Positions 30,426 through 40,923 of a DNA stretch of 64,000 nt are shown here, piece after piece; position 1 is the first letter of the stretch; each line of letters begins with the position of its first letter. Below the pieces are notes generated by a model. The model was not told where the DNA came from, made no database searches, and saw only the letters and a list, made by a program, of their open reading frames with translations. Location: NCBI GenBank assembly GCA_963783575.1, contig CAWAOD010000018.1, forward strand, positions 64,001 through 128,000. The letters run 5' to 3'. The translations under genes were made by a program, and so were the position numbers. Source of the stretch: an uncultured Spirochaetota bacterium (GTDB lineage: Bacteria; Spirochaetota; Brevinematia; Brevinematales; JAOACQ01).

Positions 30426-30989
30426 TTGAAAAATATTGCACTTTTATTAATCGATATCCAGAATGATTATTTCCCAGGAGGAAAAGTTAACTTACCGGAT
30501 AGCATAAAGGCTGCAGAGAATGCAAGGAAAGTACTTCAAGAGTTCCGTAATAATAACCTGCCGATAATACATATCCAGCATTTATCAGTCAGACCAGGAG
30601 CAACTTTTTTTATTCCGGATACAACCGGCACGGATATTCATATTACTGTGAAACCTGAAAATGGAGAAACAAGCATCAAAAAGAATTTTCCAAACAGTTT
30701 CCGGGAAACACAACTTAAAAATTTTCTTGATCAATGGCAGATTAATAGATTAGTCATAGCGGGAATGATGACTCAGATGTGTGTGGATGCCACAACTCGT
30801 GAGGCATTTGACCTGGGGTTTGAATGTACAGTTGTCACGGATGCATGCGCTGCAAATTCTCTTGAATGGAACAAACAAAAAATTTCAGCCGAAACAGTCC
30901 ATAATTCTTTCATTGCGGCATTGTCAGGAATTTATGCCAGAATAATAACTGCCTCAGAGACATCGACAATTATTTTAATTAATCATTGA
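30426..30989 (+). CDS. Isochorismatase-family cysteine hydrolase
   Basis: ALLLIDIQNDYF, KNFPNSF, GMMTQMCVDATTR. Confidence 0.9.
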   Translation: MKNIALLLIDIQNDYFPGGKVNLPDSIKAAENARKVLQEFRNNNLPIIHIQHLSVRPGATFFIPDTTGTDIHITVKPENGETSIKKNFPNSFRETQLKNFLDQWQINRLVIAGMMTQMCVDATTREAFDLGFECTVVTDACAANSLEWNKQKISAETVHNSFIAALSGIYARIITASETSTIILINH

Positions 30990-31765
30990 TTGGTGGGAAT
31001 ATCGATTGTACCCTTGATAAATTCTTTTAATTCCGCATAAACGCTGATTGTTTTGAAGCCGATAACTTCAAAAGCCGGAATGATAAGTCTGATTGGCGTT
31101 CTGTTCTCATCATTAAGAATATAAAAATTAATCCCTACGCCGCCTATTTCTTCAAGATAAATCGAATCGGTGTCTTTACCCTTAAAATTAATTTTCTGGT
31201 AAGATGCTTTAAAAGAAGCTTTTTTAATATTTGTTCCAAAGAGATAGGCAATATCAATATTAACTTTATTTTTAATATGATAATTATAATCTATACCGCG
31301 CATACAGAATATTAGTGTGAAATAATTCCTTAATATACCTTCGTATTCAGCAGTCTTTTTTTCATAATTATACATTTTCTGCGCGAATTCAACTTTATGT
31401 CCGTCCAGCGAAAAATTGAATTTAATATTATCATGCCAGGAACCCTCGTTAATCCACCTTTCGTAATAAATCGGAATATAATTTTCTGGTACAATATATG
31501 AGATTGCACTGTCATCCACTTTGTACAATGATGATATGAATGGAGTTGTAAATAAATGCTCGCTTCCTATATAAACGTTATATCCATTATAATTTGTCGA
31601 TCCGTCGATAGAAACTTCCTGATCTCCGATATAAACCCCAAGGATGCTGACTGTTAGCTTGAGTTTTTCACCGATTTTAAAAGGATAATCTGGAAGAAAT
31701 TTAATATCAGCGAAGGATAAATCAAATAAAAGAATTAAAGACATGCATAATAATATTTTTTTCAT
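30983..31765 (-). CDS. DUF3108-like exported protein
   Basis: Signal peptide; PFKIGEKLKLTVS..G motif; ND..RTPIR near the C-terminus. Confidence 0.65.
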   Translation of the reverse strand: MKKILLCMSLILLFDLSFADIKFLPDYPFKIGEKLKLTVSILGVYIGDQEVSIDGSTNYNGYNVYIGSEHLFTTPFISSLYKVDDSAISYIVPENYIPIYYERWINEGSWHDNIKFNFSLDGHKVEFAQKMYNYEKKTAEYEGILRNYFTLIFCMRGIDYNYHIKNKVNIDIAYLFGTNIKKASFKASYQKINFKGKDTDSIYLEEIGGVGINFYILNDENRTPIRLIIPAFEVIGFKTISVYAELKEFIKGTIDIPTNQ

Positions 31766-31772
31766 AAGATTC

Positions 31773-33104
31773 CTATTTTTTTTTCAATTGAATCATTTCT
31801 TCCCTTGCCATTTCCTCAACTGATTCATGTGCGGTATTTATCTGGTCTCTCTCGATTATCTCCTGCCTCATCATTTCTTCCACTATTTCATGTGCATGAT
31901 TTGTCTTATCCCTGTCGATAATTTCATTTCTCATCAATTCCTCTACAATCTCGTGGGCTTTATTTATCATATCTTTATCTTTCAGCTCAAGTCTCATCAT
32001 CTCATCGATGATTTCATAAGCCTGATTAATTTTATTTTCCTCAAGTAATTCTTTCCGCATCAATTCTTCAACAATTTCATGAGCATTTATAATTTTGTCC
32101 CTATCAAGCATTTCCCTTCTTCCCAATTCTTCAACCACTTCATGCGCGGAGTTTATTTTATCCTTTTCTATAAGATCTCTTCTAACATATTCCTCAACTA
32201 TTTCATGAGCGTTATTTATCGCATCCCTTTCTATCAGTTCTTTTCGGGCAAGCTCGGCTACTATCTCATGAGCTTTATTAATTTTATCAAGGGTTATAAG
32301 CTCCTGCCTAGATATTTCTTCAACTTTTTGATAAGCCTGTATGATCTGATCATCGGAAAGCCTTTCATTCCTGCAGAACTCCTGTACGTTTTCGTATGCT
32401 TTAATAATCGACATCAATTCCACCATTTTATTCCTTTTAACCTCATCAATTATTTCAAAGGCAGATAAAATTTTATTGTCCGATATCCTTTCCTGTCTAT
32501 GCAATTCTTCAATATGCTCATAAGCATCAAGCAATTGGTAAAGATCATTAGATTTTAATACATCATGGTAATCGAAATCGGTTCCATGAAATTTTCTTTT
32601 TGAAAGTTTTTCCGCGATAATTTTAGCTCTTTCCAGATTGTCATCACTGATTATTTTTTCTTTTGCCAATTCTTTTATAATTTCCAGAGATGCCAGATCA
32701 TTATTGGCTTTCTTCAATTCTTTACTAGCAAGGTCAAAAGTGTTTTCATAAGCCTTGATAATTTTATCCTTTTCGATTTGTTCCTGACGAGCCATTTCTT
32801 CAGCAATTTCAAGGGCTGTTATTTCGCGGTTCTGTTCTATCTGCTCCTGGCGGGAAAGATCCTGAACAATATTTTGAGCATTAAGTATTTTTTCTTTTTC
32901 AATCTGTTCCTGTCTTGCAAATTCTTCATTAATCTCATGCGCATCCAGAAGTTTATCCCTATCGATTAATTCCTGACGTGTCAATAATGATACTTTCTCA
33001 TACATCTCAATAATTTTATTGGATTCCTTCAAATCATGATTTAAGTTTTCTATTTCTTTTTTTAATTCTATTAATTCATTTTGATCGTTTTTATCTTCTG
33101 TCAT
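31773..33104 (-). CDS. Helical protein with about 18 tandem 21-aa repeats (KI[IN]xA[HY]EIVEE[LM]xRxE[LI]I[ED]xD)
   Basis: Repeats read directly from the translation; GGGAGG RBS; no signal peptide or TM. Confidence 0.85.
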   Translation of the reverse strand: MTEDKNDQNELIELKKEIENLNHDLKESNKIIEMYEKVSLLTRQELIDRDKLLDAHEINEEFARQEQIEKEKILNAQNIVQDLSRQEQIEQNREITALEIAEEMARQEQIEKDKIIKAYENTFDLASKELKKANNDLASLEIIKELAKEKIISDDNLERAKIIAEKLSKRKFHGTDFDYHDVLKSNDLYQLLDAYEHIEELHRQERISDNKILSAFEIIDEVKRNKMVELMSIIKAYENVQEFCRNERLSDDQIIQAYQKVEEISRQELITLDKINKAHEIVAELARKELIERDAINNAHEIVEEYVRRDLIEKDKINSAHEVVEELGRREMLDRDKIINAHEIVEELMRKELLEENKINQAYEIIDEMMRLELKDKDMINKAHEIVEELMRNEIIDRDKTNHAHEIVEEMMRQEIIERDQINTAHESVEEMAREEMIQLKKK

Positions 33105-33304
33105 AAATGCCTCCCGATTAACAAGAGTTTTGCTAAAAAACGTTACTGTTACGATACATCAATTTTTAGAATGTGTTCTGTTAAATTACAATACTATGAA
33201 AATAGCTTCAGGGATAGCCTAATTAAAATATATATAATTATACACCTTTTTTTAATTATAGCAATAAAATAAAAGTTTATAAAAACAAAGTTTTTACAGA
33301 ATAT

Positions 33305-34361
33305 TCAGTAAATAAACATAGCATCGCCATAACTTAAAAATCGATATTTAGAATCTATTGCATGCTTATATGCCTTTTGAATTAATTCCTTACCGCCAAA
33401 TGATTGAACTAGTAGCAGTAATGTAGATTTGGGCATATGAAAGTTTGTGATCATCGCATCGACAACTTTAAATGGAAACTCCCCTTTAATAAAAAGGTTT
33501 GTAGAACCACTGAAATAGTTCCAATCATTAAAATCTGAAGAATCTATTGCCATGGTTTCCAAAGCCCTGACTACAGTTGTTCCTACAGCTATAATCCTTT
33601 TTTTATTATTTCTGGTATATTTTAAAATTTCTATTGTCTTTTCAGGGATTTCAACCGCTTCACTGTGTATCTCAAAATCATCAACAGCTCTTATATCTAT
33701 TGGCTTGAAAGTACCGGGACCGACATGCAGAGTAATATATGCTATAGCCGCAGATTTATTTTTAATCTTTTCCATTAATCTCTCAGTTAAATGAAGCGAA
33801 GCGGTTGGCGCTGCAACAGAACCATTGTTTTTTGCGTTAATGCTTTGGTACCAAAAACTGTCCTCTACAAAATAATCCGGTAGATTAAGACTTTTCCTTT
33901 TTTTCAGAATATAAGGCGGAAGCGGTACCTCTCCGATTTTATCTATATCTTTATAATCCAAAGTTTGCATAAATTCAATGTGCCGCGTATCTTTATCCCA
34001 GTCCAAAATAATAGCTTCTTTATCCTGAAATTTAACCTTTGTACCGGCTTGAATTTTTCGTGAGTTTTTCACTAAAGCAGTCCAATGTTTGTTATCCTTT
34101 TTTTCTATAAGAAGCAGTTCAATTTTTTTTTGCCCGCCCTCAATTAATCCTATTAAACGGGCTTTATAAACCCTTGTATCATTAAGCACAAGGCAATCAC
34201 CTTCCTGAATATAATTGATAAAAGATTTAAAATTTTCATCCAGGAAAGTTTCCTTCTTTTTTTGAAATTACAAGTAATCTTGATTCATCCCTGACAACTA
34301 CAGGCTTTACCGCAATTAGTTCCTGCGGTAATTTATAATCGATATCTTCAATTTTATTCAT
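33305..34361 (-). CDS. queA: S-adenosylmethionine:tRNA ribosyltransferase-isomerase QueA, frameshifted in an A7 run at 34257-34263
   Basis: N-terminus MNKIEDIDYKLPQELIAVKP..RDESRLLV from 34361; VLNDTRV, VPLPPYI, GSVAAPTASLH, TNFHMPKSTL, YRFLSYGDAM in another frame; removing one A joins them. Confidence 0.92.
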
Positions 34362-34371
34362 AATCCCTCAT

Positions 34372-34992
34372 TTAAATGAAATTTCTATAAATTTCTTTAA
34401 AATCTTTCAAAATAAAAACCTCTTCATGTCCGGGATAAACAACTGTTTCATCAGGCAGACTAACAATTTTCCGAATCGATTCTTTCATTTTTTCAAAACT
34501 GCTGCCAGGAAAATCAGTCCTGCCAATCGAATCGGGAAAAATAAAATCACCAGAAATGAGACTATTATTCTCTTTTTGATAAAGGGCAATGCTTCCCATT
34601 GTGTGGCCAGGAACAAATATAACCCTGAAACTCAATTCTTCTAGATCAATGCAATAATCCTCGTCCCGAATTTGAATATCCGGCGGTTCCGATACAATCG
34701 GGTTCCCTGTAAATAATGAAAGGTTTTTAGCCGGATTATTAAGCATCGCCGCATCTAAAGCATGAATAATAATCAAGGAATTCTTTTTTGATTTAATAAA
34801 ACTATTTCCACCAATGTGATCAAAATGACCATGTGTATTGATGATATATTTAACATTCAGATTTTTTATAGCATTCCCCAGCTCCAAAGAAACAGTTGAT
34901 GGATCAATAATAATTGCACTTGATCTATTTTTTGAAGTAATAATGTATGTATTTGAAAAAAATGATCCGTATTCAATTTTATTTATTTCCAT
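34372..34992 (-). CDS. MBL-fold metallo-hydrolase (glyoxalase II-like)
   Basis: THGHFDHIGG, PGHTMGS, SGDFIF..SIGRTD, YPGH. Confidence 0.9.
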   Translation of the reverse strand: MEINKIEYGSFFSNTYIITSKNRSSAIIIDPSTVSLELGNAIKNLNVKYIINTHGHFDHIGGNSFIKSKKNSLIIIHALDAAMLNNPAKNLSLFTGNPIVSEPPDIQIRDEDYCIDLEELSFRVIFVPGHTMGSIALYQKENNSLISGDFIFPDSIGRTDFPGSSFEKMKESIRKIVSLPDETVVYPGHEEVFILKDFKEIYRNFI

Positions 34993-35200
34993 ATTCTACC
35001 TGTCAAGTCAGTTTTATCAAATAAATTTTAACATAAGCCTCTTAATGTATCAAATCAAAATTTGAAAATTTATTATTTCTTTTTGCCCCATAATCTTATT
35101 TGATATTTTATTTAATACACATTATAATTAACTGTCGATATGCTAATTAATTGCAAAGTTAAGATAAGTAATCGCAATAAAATGTTAGTTTGAGGTAATT

Positions 35201-36901
35201 ATGGAACAGGGTTATGAAAAGAGGATGCTTATTGTATTTCTTATATCATTTCTAATATTGATCGGATATATGTATTTTATGCCCAAATATTCCCGGCAAA
35301 ATATATTACAGAACACTAATTCTACAGTTGTAAATTCACCAACTATAACGAATATTGTGGAAAATGAATCGGCAGTGATTGTGACAAATAGTGTAAAATT
35401 TGTTTTTAAAGTTCCTGCCACTAATATTGATTTATCATACAGTAATGAAATGCAACTAAGAATTGACAGTATCGGAGCAAGAATTTCAGGTATATCGATA
35501 AACGGTAAATGGAATAGAAAGAATACTCCGGTACAGCTAATATCCCCAGATCTTGCGTTCAAACCCGGTGATACCGGTTTCGGGAATCTGCAGAATCAGC
35601 GGAATATAAGTGAAAGACCATTCTTTATAATTAAAGACACAAATTCAGTAAGCGTTACGATGATTGCCGACATCGACGTTAAAAGCAACAGGATTGAGAT
35701 GACAAAAGCATATACAATCAGCAGCAATTATCAATTTAAAGAAGAAATTGCGGTTAAAAATCTATCAAAAAAAACAGTAAAGCTTGATTTTAACGGTAAA
35801 TCATTTTCCGTTGGGACGAGTTATTCATTTATAACAAAGGAGCTTGCAAATTCAGGAAATCCTTTGACAGCACAATATTTTGACGGCAAAAACCTTCACC
35901 GGGCTCTCAGTTCAGGTTTTTTAAAGGCAAGGGACAGATTTACAACTGTAAATAACCCTCCGTGGCTTTGTTTAAATGACAATTATTTCATATCAATTAT
36001 GAAACCTGAATTTACCGATTATTCCGGAGTTTTTGTGCTGGTAAAAGAAGAAAAGATATTCAGCGAAGAGGCTTACGGTATTGAAATACCCGCCATAACC
36101 CTCGATCCCGGCGAATCAAAGAGTTTCAGGATTTCCTATTATGCGGGGCCTAAGAAAGAATCCATCTTACAAAATATTGATAAATCTTATAAAATAATTT
36201 TTGCCTGGGCGCCTTACTTTAATTGGTTCATGAAACCTATAGAATGGGTGATGTATAAAGTAATGTCCTTATTATCAGCATTCATTTCAAACTGGGGCAT
36301 TATAATCATCATATTATCGCTTTTAATAAAATTATTATTATCCCCGCTATCATTCCAAGCTGCTATTTCAATAAAAAGATCGAATATTATTCAGCCAAAA
36401 ATTAAAGCCTTACAGGAAAAATATAAAGATGATCAGAAGACTCTTAACGAAAAGATAGCTGAACTTTACAAAAAGGAAGGTGTCAATCCTCTGGGCGGGT
36501 GTTTCCCTATTTTGTTCCAGGTTCCGGTTTTCTTTGCTTTGTACAGGGTTTTATCGACTTCCGTTGAATTAAAAGATGCCACATTTTTATGGATCAGAGA
36601 CTTAACACAGCCGGATACTCTTTTTAAAATGAGCATTCCCTTCCTGCCCAATAATTTCAATTTACTGCCGATCATTATGACCATAATCCAGTTAATCCAG
36701 ATGAAGCTGTCATCTATGAAGACAACTGCAAACCCTCAGCAGAACGCTATGAATACCTACCTATTGCCGATAGTATTCCTGTTCATTTTCTGGGGAATGC
36801 CTTCCGGACTTGTTCTTTATTGGACAATACAAAATGTTTATTCAATTATTGAACAGGAATTCGTCAACATGGATCGACAAATCAAATTGAAAAAGAAGTA
36901 A
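35201..36901 (+). CDS. yidC: Membrane protein insertase YidC
   Basis: N-terminal TM, periplasmic domain, YAGPK, NWGIIII, ELYKKEGVNPLGGC, FLWIRDLTQPD, PSGLVLYW. Confidence 0.95.
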   Translation: MEQGYEKRMLIVFLISFLILIGYMYFMPKYSRQNILQNTNSTVVNSPTITNIVENESAVIVTNSVKFVFKVPATNIDLSYSNEMQLRIDSIGARISGISINGKWNRKNTPVQLISPDLAFKPGDTGFGNLQNQRNISERPFFIIKDTNSVSVTMIADIDVKSNRIEMTKAYTISSNYQFKEEIAVKNLSKKTVKLDFNGKSFSVGTSYSFITKELANSGNPLTAQYFDGKNLHRALSSGFLKARDRFTTVNNPPWLCLNDNYFISIMKPEFTDYSGVFVLVKEEKIFSEEAYGIEIPAITLDPGESKSFRISYYAGPKKESILQNIDKSYKIIFAWAPYFNWFMKPIEWVMYKVMSLLSAFISNWGIIIIILSLLIKLLLSPLSFQAAISIKRSNIIQPKIKALQEKYKDDQKTLNEKIAELYKKEGVNPLGGCFPILFQVPVFFALYRVLSTSVELKDATFLWIRDLTQPDTLFKMSIPFLPNNFNLLPIIMTIIQLIQMKLSSMKTTANPQQNAMNTYLLPIVFLFIFWGMPSGLVLYWTIQNVYSIIEQEFVNMDRQIKLKKK

Positions 36902-36922
36902 AGGGTTCAATGAGACTATAAT

Positions 36923-38299
36923 ATGGCAATGTATGATACGATTATAGCAATCTCAACCCCGATCGGTGAAAGCGCGGTCGGGGTTCTTCGTTTGAGTGGA
37001 AGTGAAGCTATCGGTTATTGCAGCAAAATTTTGAATAAAAGCAATGCACTTCAAAACCAAACCAGCTATACTATAAAATATTACAGGATTATAGACCCTG
37101 AAACCCTTGATATTATTGATGATACGCTGATCACAGTATTCAAATCGCCTCATTCATATACAGGCGAGGATATTGTTGAAATATCCTGCCATGGTAGTCC
37201 TTTTATTCTAAAAAAAGTTTTTAATATATTCTTAAAACTGGGCGTTCGTCCTGCTGAACCTGGTGAATTTACTGAAAGGGCTTATCTTAATGGTAAAATG
37301 GATTTGACACAGGCGGAGGCTGTCAATGATCTAATTAGAGCCCATACAGAATTCGCAAGGTTATCCGCTCAGAATCAGATTCAGGGAAAGTTTTCCGGTA
37401 TTATCTCCAATATACATTCAAAAATACTGGATTTATTATCTCAAATAGAGGCCGGTATCGATCACAGTGATTTGGATGAGATATTTATCGATGCTATGGA
37501 AATTAAAGATAGAATAATGAATATCCGAGAAGAGATTTTTACACTTCTGAAAACAGCCGTAACAGGTAAAATAACCAGAGAAGGCATTAAAATAGCCATA
37601 ATCGGAGCACCGAATACTGGAAAATCCAGCCTAATGAATTACCTGCTTCAGGAAGACAGAGTGATTGTATCTGAAATACCTGGAACAACCAGGGATTTAA
37701 TTGAAGAAGAACTTAATATAAGTGGAATTTCTGTAAGAATTTCCGATACCGCAGGTATTCAAGATACAAATGATGTGCTTGAAATCAAAGGAATAGAAAG
37801 AACTAAAAAGGCAATCAGGGAATCGGATTTAAGAATAATGCTTTTTGACAGTTCACGGATGATTTCTCCGGATGATGAAATGATTTTTCATATGGTTAAA
37901 GATTTAAAATGCATATATGTTCTAAATAAAAGAGATTTACCCGAAATTATTACCGGAAATATCATTTATAAAAAATTCAATATCAAAGCCATTCCTGTTT
38001 CAATAATTGATAAAAATGGGATAGACCTGATTGAAAAGGCCATTGTAGATTTCTATTATTCTTTCGGATTCAATCCGGCAAGGGATGTTCTTGTAACAAA
38101 TGCCCGCCAGGAAGAACTCCTTAATAAAACCGAACGGTATCTTTTTAAAGCTTTATCTGCACTCGATCATAACCTTTCGGAAGAATTTATTGCAAGCGAT
38201 ATCCGTAAAGCATTGATAAGCATTGAGGAAATCACAGGTAAAAGCTCTGATGATGAAGTATTAAAAAGGATATTTTCAAAATTCTGTATTGGCAAATAA
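36923..38299 (+). CDS. mnmE: tRNA modification GTPase MnmE
   Basis: DTIIAISTP, AEPGEFTERAYLNGKMDLTQAEAV, GAPNTGKSS, C-terminal FCIGK. Confidence 0.97.
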   Translation: MAMYDTIIAISTPIGESAVGVLRLSGSEAIGYCSKILNKSNALQNQTSYTIKYYRIIDPETLDIIDDTLITVFKSPHSYTGEDIVEISCHGSPFILKKVFNIFLKLGVRPAEPGEFTERAYLNGKMDLTQAEAVNDLIRAHTEFARLSAQNQIQGKFSGIISNIHSKILDLLSQIEAGIDHSDLDEIFIDAMEIKDRIMNIREEIFTLLKTAVTGKITREGIKIAIIGAPNTGKSSLMNYLLQEDRVIVSEIPGTTRDLIEEELNISGISVRISDTAGIQDTNDVLEIKGIERTKKAIRESDLRIMLFDSSRMISPDDEMIFHMVKDLKCIYVLNKRDLPEIITGNIIYKKFNIKAIPVSIIDKNGIDLIEKAIVDFYYSFGFNPARDVLVTNARQEELLNKTERYLFKALSALDHNLSEEFIASDIRKALISIEEITGKSSDDEVLKRIFSKFCIGK

Positions 38300-38360
38300 G
38301 CAGCCTGATGTTGCATCTAAAACTAATTAAGTCATTATTTAACACATAGCTTAACTACAA

Positions 38361-40625
38361 TTAAGCATGTAATTTACCTGTTGTAACAAGCTTTACATCC
38401 CACCCGTCGAAATCATAAATATTTTTATAGCGGTAATAATTAACAAGAATTTTTTTTATATATTCCCTTGTTTCGGAGTAGGGGACAATTTCCATAAGTT
38501 CATACTCATTACCCGGATAAAATTTTTGTATGGTTTTATTTATAATTCTGATCCCGCCGTTATAAGAAGCAATTGCTGTTAACAATCCGTAAGATTCAAT
38601 ACTATCATTGAGAAATTTCGTCCCCAGAAGAATGTTGTGGGAGGTATTAAATAAATTAATATTTTTCCTTTCCAGGATTTTATTTGAAACGAGCCGCGCG
38701 GTAGATGGCATTATCTGCATAAGACCCCTGGCTCCTGCACTTGATTTTGCTAACGGAATATACATACTTTCACCTCGAATAACCGAATAAATAAGATATT
38801 TATCCGAAAAGCTGGTTTCAAGTTTGCTTAAAGCCAGCTTTATTTCACTCTCATAAGGCTGAGGATAAAGTAAAATCTGCAGATCTCTGGAAAGAATGGA
38901 AAAATTTTCATTTATAAATTCTGATTTTTCCAGATCAATATAAATTGATCTAGCAAGCTCGAAATTCTTATTTTTTACCAATTCTTTCAGAATAAGTAGA
39001 TTTTGTTCATCCACATCGGAAATATCAGCCGAGGTAAGGATTGCCCTGGCTCTTTCAAGCATACCGAATCTTGTATAGACTATGAACTTGATATTATTCT
39101 CATTATTTTTTATCCTGTTTAAAACACCGGAGTTAAAATCCAGTAGCACATTATTATCGATTTTTTTAGTTAATTCGATTAAATCTTCCCTTATAGATTC
39201 TCTTTCAATACCTTTCTTGTAAGAATACAATAATCTTCCATAATAAAGCCTGGAATTAATATCGCTGTTGTTTTTATATCTTTCTTGAATGGAATTAATA
39301 TAATCATTTTCTGATAAATTCTTTTCCTGAAGAATTGAATCAATAAATGCTCGTGAAAGGATTGCATAATATCCATCAGGAATTTTAGAAATAGAACTTT
39401 CAAAAAATTCCTTTGCTTTATTTTTATCATTAAGCATATATGCAGAATATCCGTTCCAGAAGCAAATATAATCGCTCATATTTCCAGATTTCAAATCCAT
39501 ATTAAGAACCGAATAACTGTCTTCTATAATATTTGTAATATCAGCATATTTTTTAAAGGCCAATAAATTTCTAACCGCAAGAGGTAAATTCTTGTTTATA
39601 TAAGTTATATCAACATCGCCACTTAAGTATTTATTATAATAATCCAGAGCTTTTTTGTCATTATATCTTGCTTTTCTGGAAATCGGCCATAATAATTTAT
39701 AATAATATGATCCCCTGATTAAACCCGACCGGCTTTGAATTGTATTTTTAGATAATGAAAACAAATCCATCATTTCTTTATAAATTGGCAAATATTCGAT
39801 ATCTTCTTTCAACCGAAAAAGAAAATCTTTAACAAACGGCTGCCTGCAATTATAAACAATATCATAAGCAATGTTTTCAGTTTCCTGATAATCCGGTCTG
39901 TATTGTCTAATATATTTATCTGCCAAACATGAGTATTCCTCGTATTGATGCACCTTTGAAAGAGTTTTCAAAATCTTCTTTTTTTCAATTCTGGTATAAT
40001 TATCCCACTCCGACACAATTATTTTACAAAAATACGGTACAAATTCATCATCCAATTTATCAACATTGACAAGGTATTTACCGCTTATATCTGTTTTATT
40101 TAGCTGGTAGTAAAGTCTGGAAAGCATAAAATTCACTTCATTTTTTTTATAAAATCTGTTTTGATTTTTATTTGTTTCTATAATCTGGACTGCTTTCTGC
40201 AGTAGATTATCATTTTCATATAGACTGGCCATTTGAAGCATTGCATCGGTTTTTGACAATGAGTCTCCGGAATCCTTCAGCATTGATAGAAGTATTTCTT
40301 TTGTTTTTGATCTGTTTCCAAGACAGCCGTAAGCTTTTGCCAGTAAAAGATCTACATCATCTTTTAAAATAAAATTATTATTCCTGTTTTTAAGACCTTC
40401 CAGCTTCATTATTACATATTTCAAATCCTTTTCTTTTATATTGATAAAATTTAATGCAGAATACATTTGTTTAAATAATTCCAGATCTGAATATTGCTGT
40501 TCGATGGTATTTTGGATATAAAAATCCATAGTTGGTTCCAATGAGAATAGCATAACGGAAACCAAGACAATAATACAAATAATAATTTGTGTAACAAAAA
40601 CTTTCTTTGATCGTCCGGTAAACAT
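38361..40625 (-). CDS. Slt-family lytic transglycosylase with helical/TPR-like N-terminus
   Basis: IRGES..AKSSAGARGLMQIMPSTA, ASYNGG, ETREYIKKI. Confidence 0.88.
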   Translation of the reverse strand: MFTGRSKKVFVTQIIICIIVLVSVMLFSLEPTMDFYIQNTIEQQYSDLELFKQMYSALNFINIKEKDLKYVIMKLEGLKNRNNNFILKDDVDLLLAKAYGCLGNRSKTKEILLSMLKDSGDSLSKTDAMLQMASLYENDNLLQKAVQIIETNKNQNRFYKKNEVNFMLSRLYYQLNKTDISGKYLVNVDKLDDEFVPYFCKIIVSEWDNYTRIEKKKILKTLSKVHQYEEYSCLADKYIRQYRPDYQETENIAYDIVYNCRQPFVKDFLFRLKEDIEYLPIYKEMMDLFSLSKNTIQSRSGLIRGSYYYKLLWPISRKARYNDKKALDYYNKYLSGDVDITYINKNLPLAVRNLLAFKKYADITNIIEDSYSVLNMDLKSGNMSDYICFWNGYSAYMLNDKNKAKEFFESSISKIPDGYYAILSRAFIDSILQEKNLSENDYINSIQERYKNNSDINSRLYYGRLLYSYKKGIERESIREDLIELTKKIDNNVLLDFNSGVLNRIKNNENNIKFIVYTRFGMLERARAILTSADISDVDEQNLLILKELVKNKNFELARSIYIDLEKSEFINENFSILSRDLQILLYPQPYESEIKLALSKLETSFSDKYLIYSVIRGESMYIPLAKSSAGARGLMQIMPSTARLVSNKILERKNINLFNTSHNILLGTKFLNDSIESYGLLTAIASYNGGIRIINKTIQKFYPGNEYELMEIVPYSETREYIKKILVNYYRYKNIYDFDGWDVKLVTTGKLHA

Positions 40626-40847
40626 TTCAAGCCCCTTTGTTATAATAAAACCCCGTATTAACTTAATAATGGCTATTCAATTATAAATAATTAACCTTAA
40701 CTGTATAAAATTTTAGTAAGCAATTTTATTCAACCAGCTATGCATTATGGTTCGATATAATTGAATATGAATTTTAATGATAAATTAACAGGATGTCAAA
40801 TAAACTATAAGTATAAGAATAACATAATCCAATTGATTGAAGAGTAT

Positions 40848-40877
40848 AAAAAGGGGCGTAATTATACGTCCCTTTTT
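40848..40877 (-). terminator. Rho-independent terminator after flgG
   Basis: AAAAAGGGGCGTA-ATTA-TACGTCCCTTTTT hairpin. Confidence 0.7.
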
Positions 40878-40923
40878 ATTATTCTGAATATTGTTTATTT
40901 TATTTGGTCAAGCGGTACGCTTG

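Noticed and set aside
31773..33104. 63-bp periodic DNA repeats as a CRISPR array
   Set aside because: The repeats are degenerate, in frame and lack unique spacers; they encode a protein repeat, and no cas genes are present
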